A stretch of 64,000 nucleotides of DNA from Eggerthellaceae bacterium (GTDB lineage: Bacteria > Actinomycetota > Coriobacteriia > Coriobacteriales > Eggerthellaceae). Numbering within the stretch: the first letter of the stretch is position 1; each line of letters starts with the position of its first letter. The translations under genes were made by a program, and so were the position numbers. Location of the stretch: positions 15,205-79,204 of the forward strand of contig SUUI01000006.1 in the NCBI GenBank assembly GCA_015062605.1, written 5' to 3'. Under the pieces are notes generated by a model. The model had not been told where the DNA came from, did not search any database, and was given only the letters and a program-made list of their open reading frames with translations. Positions 46,101 to 52,680 of this stretch are shown here, piece after piece.

Positions 46101-49100
46101 GAAATCGCCACCTGCAGCATTAATGAATTTGACGTTATCGCCGTCATAGGGGAACTCGGTGGCAACGCCTGCGCCAACCTTCCACAGCTGGTTCGGACCG
46201 TCGTTTAAGGTCCAGACACCCACGTTGGCGCCAGCCTGCGGCGCAGAGCCGGCAGCATCAAGCACGACCGCAGGGTTCGCTACGGACTGGATCATGAAGA
46301 AACCAGGGGTTTTCTCGCTCGGGACGAGCACCCATTGCTGGTTCAGAGCTTCATGGTATTGCCACGTGGAGACATTGCCGCCAGCCTGGGGCTCCTCGCC
46401 CTCTGCATCGAGCACCAAGTCGGGATTGGCGAAGTTACGCAGGACGTAGTAGCCGCTATCCTGCAGCTCGATCGTGAACATTTGGTTCGCTCCGCCATTG
46501 CTCGTCCAGATGGAGACATTGGCACCGCTCACAGGCTGGGCGCCGGCGACGTCAAGCACAAAATCATCGCTGAACGCACTCACCAAGTGATTCGGGGTCG
46601 TAGAACCCTTGGGCACAGGAGCCGGATAAATCGTGAACTCGCCAAGTTCCACAGAACCGGAGCAGGTGATACCTTCGATAGTCACCATGTAGGTGCCGTG
46701 CCCAGAAGGAGCCTCGGAGGACTCGCCGAACTTGAGAGCGTAATCGGTGCCCGCAGAAAGTTCCTTACCGTTCAGTGTCACGGTAACATCAGGCGAAAGC
46801 GGACCTCCAGTGACGTTCTTCGCCATGCCGGTAGCCTTCACATCGGCGTAAGCAAGATTATCAGCGGAAACGATCTTCCAAGCTTGGTTCGGACCATCGT
46901 TTGCAGTCCAAACGCCCACGTTCGCACCAATCTCGGGCGCAGAGCCTGCGGCATCCAGCACAACCTCGGGGTTCGCCACGGATTGAATCATGAAGTAACC
47001 GGGGTTCTTCTCACTCGGAACGAACACCCATTCTTGGTTCAGCGCCGCATGATAGGCCCACGTGGAGATATTGCCGCCAGCCTGGGGCACCTCGCCCTCG
47101 GCATCCAACACGAGATCTGTGTTCGCGACGTTGCGAAGCACATAGTTACCGTTATCGGAAGCCTCGACGGTGAACAACTGGTTAGAGCCGCCGTTGGAAG
47201 TCCAAATAGATACGTTTGCGCCACTTACGGGCTCAGCTCCCGCGACATCGAGGATGAAATTGTCATCGAAAGCCGACACGATGCGGTAGGCCTTACCGGC
47301 CTCGATGCCCTCAGGGGCATTGGAAAGATCGAAGGTGCCGATCTTCTTCTCGCCGAAGTACTTGCCGCCATCAACCGCCTTCGCAGTCACGACATACTTG
47401 CCAGCTACGGTCGGGACATCAGTGGTCACATTCGTCCCGTCATCATAGTACAGCTTGTAATCGGTACCCTCAACAAGAGCGTCAGACCCCATGGTGAGGG
47501 TGACCTCAGGAGCAACAGCCTTGCCGTTGATGATGTTTTTGGTCATACCAGTTGCCTCAGCGGTGGCGCAACGGAGATCATTCTCCTCAACGAACCACCA
47601 CAGTTGGTTCGGCTGACCGTTGCCGGTCCACAGACCGACATTGGCGCCAGCTTGGGGCTCGGAACCCGCAGCATCAAGATACAGCGCATCGGAGATGATG
47701 TTGACCATATAGCCCATATCATCACCTGCGCCAGCACCGAGGAGGGTAATGTTCCATTCCTGGTTGGTTCCGCCATTAGCAGTCCAGGTGGAAACGTTCG
47801 AGCCTGCTTGGGGCACAGCGCCCGCAGCATCGAGCACGAGCTCGGGATTGGCAACGTTACGGATGACATAGCCGCCACGATCGCCGATATCGAAGGTGAA
47901 GAGCTGATTGTCGCCACCGTTATTCGTCCAAATGGAGACGTTGGAACCAGCCTCGGGCATCGCCGCAGCGACATCGAGCACAAATGCGTCATCGAAGGCG
48001 GAGACGATATGGTACTTCGTGCCGTCGATCTTCACGGGCAATGCCTTCGGGTAGACATCGGTCATGTCGTAGAGAGATGTCTCGCGTTCCACGAAGCGGT
48101 TATATGCGACTAGAGCATAGAAACCCTGCTGCGTAGCAGCCAGGTTGTAGTTCGTATCAACCCAACCGAAACCGCCACCAGCGCACGCATAGGTGCACAG
48201 CGCATCAAGCACGGACTTACCGTTCTTGATGAAGCGGGAATCGGTATCCGGATCGATGCCGAGCTCGGTCAAGGCAACGATGACCTGGGAAGCGGACATG
48301 GAGTTCTCAGAACCCCAGCTCGCAAAACCACCGGTATCGAGCTGCATATCGGAAAGCTTGGCGACTGCCTTGTCGACAGCGGCTTTCACATTAGCATCCG
48401 TATCAACGTACTTGGCCAACGCCTGGATAGCCATGGCCGTCAGGTCGGGATCGGCATTGGTTCCCATGTAATCCCAACCGCCATCGGCGAGTTGAGCGCT
48501 CAAGATGTTCTCGATAAGCTTCTCGCGCGTAGTCTGGGTTGCACCAGCGTCAGCTTCGGGAATCACATAATCATGGGAGTCAAACGCCAGAAGCGCATAG
48601 ATGGCGGCATTCACGCCCTGCTTGTCGATGGCGTCATAGTCAGCCAAACCCTTGGTCAAATCATAACCGCCGAGATCGCTCGCATCGTAGTGCGCGGCGG
48701 TCAGTGCGAGGATGGTGCGAGAGTAATCCGTGCTAGCAGCGCTCGGACCGAGCTTCCCGTCATTGTCTTGCAGGGTTTTCGCGATGTTCGCAAAATACGG
48801 GCCAAAGCCCATATGGGACCAGCCGCGAGCCATGCCCATGACGAACCAATCGGTACCGGAACCCATGCCGTCATCAAGGATATCCCACACGAGATCACGC
48901 GTACGCATGTAGATGTCGATGACATCATCCGGCATGACGCGCTCATATTCGAAGGTGATGACATAGTACAAAGTGGAATTCCACGATGTGTCATATGGGC
49001 TTTGAATCTGAATGCAATCGAACTCACCATCAGCATTGAAGTCCGTAGCAACAGTTGCGCTCGACTTGCCAGCATAAACATCTGGATAGTTCTGCGCACC

Positions 49101-50240
49101 ATCAAGATAGGTTTCCCCATCCGCTTTGTAGTTATAGGCTTGGACATCATCGGAGAAATAGAGATCAACAGATTCCGTGCCCTGGGGGATTTCGACCGTA
49201 TATGCGCCAACAGTCGTCGCGGGACCATAAGTCGACCCCGTATAGCCATCAGGTGTGAAGGAGAGAACCGTGCATGCCTGGCCATCCACTACAACAGTGA
49301 AGGAGGCAGTGTAGTTGATCTCGATGGCATAGAGCATGGTCGAAGACCAGTTCTCGTCATAGGGCGTCTGAACCCAGATGTAAGCAGGGAGCTCACCTTT
49401 GCTGTCAGCATTGAAGGATGCAGTAACCTCGCCGATCTGGCCGTTGTTACCGTATCCGTTAATCTTGTCGGCAGCACCGGTGTCGATATACGAGGCCCAC
49501 TCGTCATAACCGTATGCGATTAGCGGAACACCCTTGAAATCGAGCTCCAGCGCCGAGGTGCCATACGGCACGGTCAGAACATAAAGATCGGAGGTGTTCT
49601 CAACCTGAACCCAATTACCGCTTTCATCCTGAACCCATTGAGAATAGGTGTAGCCATCTTCGATCAGGTCGGAGGAAGTGCCAACCGAAGGAACGAACGG
49701 ACCGTCCCATGCGGGAGCTGCAGGAAGTTGGACGATGAAGCAATGGGCGTTCTCGTAATCTTCTGTGCACAGGATGAAGATGTAAGCGTTGCTGAAGTCA
49801 AGAGAATCCGCCGAGCTGTCAAGCTCGATGTTATCATCTTCCTCAAGGAACTCCGTCAAATTAAACTGTGCATCAAGGCGGATAGGCGCCTCGTAGACGC
49901 TATCCCTTTCGGCGCCGGTCATATCCTCAAGTCCCATGAAATAATACGTGTTAGATCTGGGATTGAAGAGCTGGGCGCCTTCGTCCATCAGGTCCGCGAG
50001 ATCAGTGAAAACGATGACATCGGCAGCTTCATCGAGGGCGATGTAATTGATGTCCATCTCCTCCATGAACGTATACGTACCGATGACATCGCAATCCTCG
50101 ATCGCAACGTCCTTTTTAACTGTGTCTGCCTTGGCTGTCGCCGGAGCGAACGCCATGCAGAGCGCGAAAGCCAGGAACAGCGATGATATGAGCGCTATCC
50201 CCTTCTTCGCGAGTTGAGAGCATCTGAATGGTCTATCCAT
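43170..50240 (-). CDS. giant secreted multidomain protein (2356 aa). Domain order: signal peptide; acidic N-domain; 2 x beta-repeat; alpha/alpha-toroid; 3 x (ricin beta-trefoil + Ig-like); 3 x unknown module; CbiK-like chelatase domain; Ig-like; 4th unknown module
   Basis: ORF 43170..50324. The realistic start is the Met at 50240 (MDRPFRCSQLAKKGIALISSLFLAFALCMAFAPATAKA|DT), preceded by GGAAGGGGG. The annotated upstream 28 codons run through the riboswitch terminator. There is no LPXTG or lipobox. Domain evidence is given in the separate entries. Confidence 0.85.
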   Translation of the reverse strand: MDRPFRCSQLAKKGIALISSLFLAFALCMAFAPATAKADTVKKDVAIEDCDVIGTYTFMEEMDINYIALDEAADVIVFTDLADLMDEGAQLFNPRSNTYYFMGLEDMTGAERDSVYEAPIRLDAQFNLTEFLEEDDNIELDSSADSLDFSNAYIFILCTEDYENAHCFIVQLPAAPAWDGPFVPSVGTSSDLIEDGYTYSQWVQDESGNWVQVENTSDLYVLTVPYGTSALELDFKGVPLIAYGYDEWASYIDTGAADKINGYGNNGQIGEVTASFNADSKGELPAYIWVQTPYDENWSSTMLYAIEINYTASFTVVVDGQACTVLSFTPDGYTGSTYGPATTVGAYTVEIPQGTESVDLYFSDDVQAYNYKADGETYLDGAQNYPDVYAGKSSATVATDFNADGEFDCIQIQSPYDTSWNSTLYYVITFEYERVMPDDVIDIYMRTRDLVWDILDDGMGSGTDWFVMGMARGWSHMGFGPYFANIAKTLQDNDGKLGPSAASTDYSRTILALTAAHYDASDLGGYDLTKGLADYDAIDKQGVNAAIYALLAFDSHDYVIPEADAGATQTTREKLIENILSAQLADGGWDYMGTNADPDLTAMAIQALAKYVDTDANVKAAVDKAVAKLSDMQLDTGGFASWGSENSMSASQVIVALTELGIDPDTDSRFIKNGKSVLDALCTYACAGGGFGWVDTNYNLAATQQGFYALVAYNRFVERETSLYDMTDVYPKALPVKIDGTKYHIVSAFDDAFVLDVAAAMPEAGSNVSIWTNNGGDNQLFTFDIGDRGGYVIRNVANPELVLDAAGAVPQAGSNVSTWTANGGTNQEWNITLLGAGAGDDMGYMVNIISDALYLDAAGSEPQAGANVGLWTGNGQPNQLWWFVEENDLRCATAEATGMTKNIINGKAVAPEVTLTMGSDALVEGTDYKLYYDDGTNVTTDVPTVAGKYVVTAKAVDGGKYFGEKKIGTFDLSNAPEGIEAGKAYRIVSAFDDNFILDVAGAEPVSGANVSIWTSNGGSNQLFTVEASDNGNYVLRNVANTDLVLDAEGEVPQAGGNISTWAYHAALNQEWVFVPSEKNPGYFMIQSVANPEVVLDAAGSAPEIGANVGVWTANDGPNQAWKIVSADNLAYADVKATGMAKNVTGGPLSPDVTVTLNGKELSAGTDYALKFGESSEAPSGHGTYMVTIEGITCSGSVELGEFTIYPAPVPKGSTTPNHLVSAFSDDFVLDVAGAQPVSGANVSIWTSNGGANQMFTIELQDSGYYVLRNFANPDLVLDAEGEEPQAGGNVSTWQYHEALNQQWVLVPSEKTPGFFMIQSVANPAVVLDAAGSAPQAGANVGVWTLNDGPNQLWKVGAGVATEFPYDGDNVKFINAAGGDFGMFGPQEGTTIAIEGDNVVINYVPKNKTIYKGFFLNADISVQSTWKDDSYFAFDFDSETFSITLPKSYCGYAWPVVPNKVKDPSATTADQYYLAIPSEDKLTPAEPIELVITNNTGMFKAATASAVANADGSATLTFTLSGSSYHWLYKGTYEQAVAAKEDIASGIAADTGSDKLIKGVQNSDGKWEFQTNIAADELGKDVPVVSISDTYYQKYLQGQNAIERSFYPRQFALDLDAKTLVVGDFEASKVLEVSKETGLMMSVSSATLEMVGGPNSNNYKADLVMTMGSASYSKAFVGTPDEAAAATETIAIADDRSFTIPVKWVATYGDPTSVVNLANGEPFVMSFWSVKNEEWYPREITLNEAAGTLYLASWTEPVSGDSVDDLIAKIQVQYFTDTTWADCEAAKAAWDALSDEEKLLVEEYDYFGRDTGDASADNPLNQDGIGENEILVVSFGTSFNNSRAADIGGVEKAIQAAYPDWSVRRAFTAQIIINHIYARDGVKIDNMQQALDRAVANGVKNLVVQPTHLMHGAEYDELVAALAPYESKFESVKVAEPLLGEVGADASVVNGDKESVAMAAAGTASKAAGFDSVNDAAASGTAIVFMGHGTAHNASITYEQMQTMMNMLHYDNVFIGTVEGEPASTECSAVIAKVKAAGYTKVILRPLMVVAGDHANNDMADPEDEESWYSQFTAEGNFAPANVSCQIAGLGEIESVQQLYVMHTKAAIEGDQPQLINLSTATVTLEPESVLYDGQPHQPAITVAIGDKTLVADQDYTVSNGSVASTSDGTSVGKVVYTITGVESAGYTGIVTAEFTIKEPVVLEDGTYSLPELKSGPGAMFNHMVADSRFLKVEGDTATIIFTEDGSTSSVGKYSRLALAKSHDFIPDGENYVADSYLPAGTQVIEGTSAGTNEGVTMWHFEITLPKAEVEAMLNNGTVLDITVWNNTGSSSDKIPGWYRATNDLWLSLGQLGEKTA
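43925..44765 (-). other. CbiK-type (class II anaerobic) chelatase-fold domain within the secreted giant protein
   Basis: Sequence ILVVSFGTSFNNSRAADIGGVEKAI...VRRAFTAQIII...NLVVQPTHLMHGAEYDEL...AIVFMGHGTAHNA...KVILRPLMVVAGDHANNDMA. Both His-containing boxes that ligate metal in CbiK (QP.H...G.EY and GHGT.H) are retained. Confidence 0.7.
46175..48020 (-). repeat. three tandem cassettes of ricin-type beta-trefoil lectin (about 140 aa) plus an Ig-like domain, period about 710-720 bp
   Basis: Each trefoil has three Q-x-[WF] subrepeats: NQLFTF/NQEWNI/NQLWWF; NQLFTV/NQEWVF/NQAWKI; NQMFTI/NQQWVL/NQLWKV. Approximate trefoil positions are 47585-48020, 46870-47295 and 46175-46595. Trefoils 2 and 3 are very similar along their full length. 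Confidence 0.8.
48090..48900 (-). other. prenyltransferase/terpene-cyclase-like alpha/alpha-toroid domain (transcobalamin alpha-domain-like) within the giant protein
   Basis: Periodic helical-hairpin repeats carry small or aromatic residues: GTDWFVMGMARGW, TDYSRTILALTAA, VNAAIYALLAF, LADGGWDY...DPDLTAMAIQALA, LDTGGFASWG...SMSASQVIVALTELG, CAGGGFGW...NLAATQQGFYALVAY. Confidence 0.6.
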
Positions 50241-50316
50241 ATGTCCCCCTTCCTCTATACGTGCCACGCTTGCCAGAGCCGAGTTGTGCAAGCACCTTAT
50301 TACAGAAGAAGGGCCG

Positions 50317-50353
50317 CAAAACAAAAAACTGCGCGCACATAGAGTGCACGCAG
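50317..50353 (-). terminator. intrinsic terminator forming the expression platform of the riboswitch leader
   Basis: The minus strand reads CTGCGTGCAC-tcta-GTGCGCGCAG (one mismatch) followed by TTTTTTGTTTTG. It lies about 75 nt upstream of the 50240 start codon. Confidence 0.55.
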
Positions 50354-50424
50354 CCCGTATTCGCTACGTAAAAGCCAGGCTGACGCCCAGGTTGGACACA
50401 CGGTGATTCGCCGCAGTTTCCAGC

Positions 50425-50552
50425 ACGTCTCCTAGTGGGCGATCTGGCTTTCGGCGAGGGTGTGTTTTTATGCTACGACGACCGATTCACAGTGGCGGGA
50501 CCGCGTGGGAATCTCACCCACTTCTCCCATCCTAGAAGGTCTTTCTTCTGTA
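50425..50552 (-). promoter_or_regulatory. cobalamin (B12) riboswitch aptamer, compact form
   Basis: The minus strand reads ...CUAGGAUGGGAGAAGUGGGUGAGAUUCCCACGCGGUCCCGCCACUGUGAAUCGG...CGAAAGCCAGAUCGCCCACUAGG. The conserved core elements are recognisable: GGGA(G/A)A, GGUGnnAnUCC, GCGGuCCCGCCACUGU and a B12-box-like AGCCAGAUCGCC. A P1-like closing pair joins CUAGGAUGGG with CCCACUAGG. Downstream, CCUGGCUUU can alternatively pair with the B12-box AAAGCCAG. Confidence 0.75.
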
Positions 50553-50558
50553 CGCTCC

Positions 50559-50587
50559 ATAGTATCGAAAACACCCTTGAATGAAAA
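50559..50587 (-). promoter_or_regulatory. candidate sigma-70-type promoter for the riboswitch operon
   Basis: The minus strand reads TTTTCA-17 nt-TACTAT, which would place the transcription start just upstream of the aptamer. This is sequence pattern only. Confidence 0.3.
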
Positions 50588-50744
50588 GGGAGAATACGTT
50601 TCAAGTTGGATTTTCTTGTCGCTTTTTGACTGGTTTTCTCGGAATCGAAACCATGTTGTTCGATATCTCTAACTCGGGGTCAAGCGGGTTCGTCCATAGA
50701 GACGATTGCCTTAGCGAAACATCATGGTTTTCCGCATCAAGCAA

Positions 50745-50770
50745 AGGGCGGTGCATCATCGCACCGCCCT
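50745..50770 (-). terminator. intrinsic terminator downstream of the phosphonate/glycopolymer gene cluster
   Basis: A perfect 10-bp stem, agggcggtgc-atcatc-gcaccgccct, followed on the minus strand by TTTGCTTGAT. It lies 33 nt after the stop at 50803. Confidence 0.6.
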
Positions 50771-50802
50771 CCAAATAGAAATCCAATCGCTTGGATATGC
50801 TG

Positions 50803-52677
50803 TTAGGAAAGCACGATTATCTTTTGGTAAATCGATTCAATGACGTCTCGGGAAAGGGCCACAGGGAAGTTTGAAAGGCGCTGGGCATTGACAGAGGATA
50901 CAAGAGCCCCGATGTCAGCTAGCTTGCCAGAAATAGTTGTGGTAATGCCTAAATGGCCAACAAAACCCTCGAAAGCCTTAAGACCGTCAATGGGCATTAC
51001 GCTCTCGTTTCCAATCATCAATGCCGCGATTTCGGAAAGCTTTTCTTGCAGGACTTCGTCTCCACAATCAATCAACATCTGCCAGCAATGTGGCATGCAC
51101 ATAGCAACAGCGTGACCATGGGGAATTCCGTATAGACCTGTTAATTTGTAGCTCATGGCGTGAGGCGCAGTGGTGGTTGTGAGATTGATGGCCTTTCCTG
51201 CTTGATTGGCTGCACGCATGATTTCGGCGGCAGCACCAACATCGCCAGTAAGATAAGCCTCTGCATTTGCCATAATTGCGGGAATCGCAATCTTGGAATG
51301 CATCCTGCTCTCCGCACATGACTTCCGAGACCAATATGATTCAATTGCCTGGCAAAGCGCATCAAGCATCGTACACTTCTTTTGGTATGCCGGCAGGCCA
51401 AAAAGAACCGACACGTCAAGTAGCACGACGTTTGGAAGCAGACACTCATTGGTTATCGATGCCTTCGCGCCATCAATATAGCAAACAGCAAAATGAGTCG
51501 ATTCGCTACCAGTCCCGGCCGTCGTAGGAACAGCAACATGGAGAACACCAGAATATGGCAGATGCCCATTTTTTAAAGCAGCGCCATCCGAACTCTCGGG
51601 CATTACGACGAGCTGTTTAACGCATTTCGCAACATCAATGGCACTACCCCCACCAATGCTTATCAATGAGTCGCATTCGCCTATGTAGAAAGCCGTACGA
51701 GCTTGAGCAACATCATCGAAGCTCGGATTCGGTGAATAATCCGTGAATAGCTCATATGCAATGTTTGAATCATCAAGCCATTGTTTCGCAGCAAAGCTCG
51801 CGAAATGCTTGGATGCGATCACGAGCGGCTTTCGCATCCCCAATGCTGCAAACAAATCCGCTGGTCGGACAGCATCACGCAAAGCACCTACGGCGCACCC
51901 ATCTACCAGCCCGATTGAGTCGCCAGAAACCTCATATACAGGCTGCTGCGCAAAATCGAATGTTCGTATTCCAGCCGAAACGCGCTCTAGATCATCGGGC
52001 GTATCAACTTCCTCAACGTAATGGCCTTCATAGCTGAAAGCAGCAACGTGCATGTCCGCGAAAACTGCGTTAGCGGCATTCTCCGCATATACTCCAGTGT
52101 CGCCCGTATCAACGAAACGCTCGACCGCATCAAACCACGTCTGCGTAGCTTCCTTGGACAGCTTGTAGAACGGCTGAAACGCGAAGCAATCCTTATCGAA
52201 AATCCTTACCGATACTTCGCGGACTTCACCATCAATCACACGAGCCTTGAAATCCTTCTCCGGCTGTGGCAGAGATGCGTTCACGGATCCCAACGTTGGC
52301 AAATCCGAGTCGATGACCATCTGGGCATAGGCAGCATCGAACACCAAATCGCCATGCAACATGAGGATGTCACTCCCCTGCAACAAATCGCGAGCAAGCC
52401 ACATCGAGTAGATGTAATTGGTCTTGTCGTATACAGGGTTACTTACAAACGAAATCGAACAGCCAGCTTGCACAAATGGTTCCGCTTCAACAGCAAGCAA
52501 CTCCGCAAAGGGGCCGGTCGTAACAACGAACTCATTTATCCCGCATGCATGTAAGATCCTCAGTTGACGATGGAAGATAGTCTCGCCATTGCCAAGACGT
52601 ACCATCGACTTGGGTTTATCCTTCGTCAATTCGCCCAATCGACTTCCAAGGCCCGAATTGAAAATGAGCGCCTTCAC
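50803..52677 (-). CDS. bifunctional LicC-like sugar/phospho-alcohol nucleotidyltransferase (N-terminal) and iron-containing alcohol dehydrogenase (C-terminal, phosphonoacetaldehyde reductase-like)
   Basis: A 624-aa ORF. The N-terminus MKALIFNSGLGSRLGELTKDKPKSMVRL carries the GxGxRL nucleotidyltransferase signature. The C-terminal half has Fe-ADH motifs (ISIGGGSAIDVAKC, PTTAGTGSE, HGHAVA). Confidence 0.8.
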   Translation of the reverse strand: MKALIFNSGLGSRLGELTKDKPKSMVRLGNGETIFHRQLRILHACGINEFVVTTGPFAELLAVEAEPFVQAGCSISFVSNPVYDKTNYIYSMWLARDLLQGSDILMLHGDLVFDAAYAQMVIDSDLPTLGSVNASLPQPEKDFKARVIDGEVREVSVRIFDKDCFAFQPFYKLSKEATQTWFDAVERFVDTGDTGVYAENAANAVFADMHVAAFSYEGHYVEEVDTPDDLERVSAGIRTFDFAQQPVYEVSGDSIGLVDGCAVGALRDAVRPADLFAALGMRKPLVIASKHFASFAAKQWLDDSNIAYELFTDYSPNPSFDDVAQARTAFYIGECDSLISIGGGSAIDVAKCVKQLVVMPESSDGAALKNGHLPYSGVLHVAVPTTAGTGSESTHFAVCYIDGAKASITNECLLPNVVLLDVSVLFGLPAYQKKCTMLDALCQAIESYWSRKSCAESRMHSKIAIPAIMANAEAYLTGDVGAAAEIMRAANQAGKAINLTTTTAPHAMSYKLTGLYGIPHGHAVAMCMPHCWQMLIDCGDEVLQEKLSEIAALMIGNESVMPIDGLKAFEGFVGHLGITTTISGKLADIGALVSSVNAQRLSNFPVALSRDVIESIYQKIIVLS

Positions 52678-52680
52678 GAC

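Noticed and set aside
43455-49523. Very long plus-strand ORFs (917 aa at 43455..46208, 592 aa at 46335..48113, 343 aa at 48492..49523) antisense to the giant gene
   Set aside because: Their translations are low-complexity, Arg/Gly/His/Val-rich strings with no recognisable motifs. The minus-strand frame carries several recognisable domains in a row. Long stop-free antisense frames are expected in GC-rich coding DNA.
50241-50324. Upstream extension of the giant ORF (start at 50324, MFCGPSSVIRCLHNSALASVARIEEGGH...)
   Set aside because: The extension begins inside the U-tract of the riboswitch terminator and lacks an RBS. The Met at 50240 has a GGAAGGGGG RBS and is followed immediately by a canonical signal peptide.
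50460-50786. Small ORFs (60-70 aa) on both strands between the two accessory loci
   Set aside because: They overlap the riboswitch aptamer, its candidate promoter and the upstream terminator hairpin. None has an RBS or any motif.
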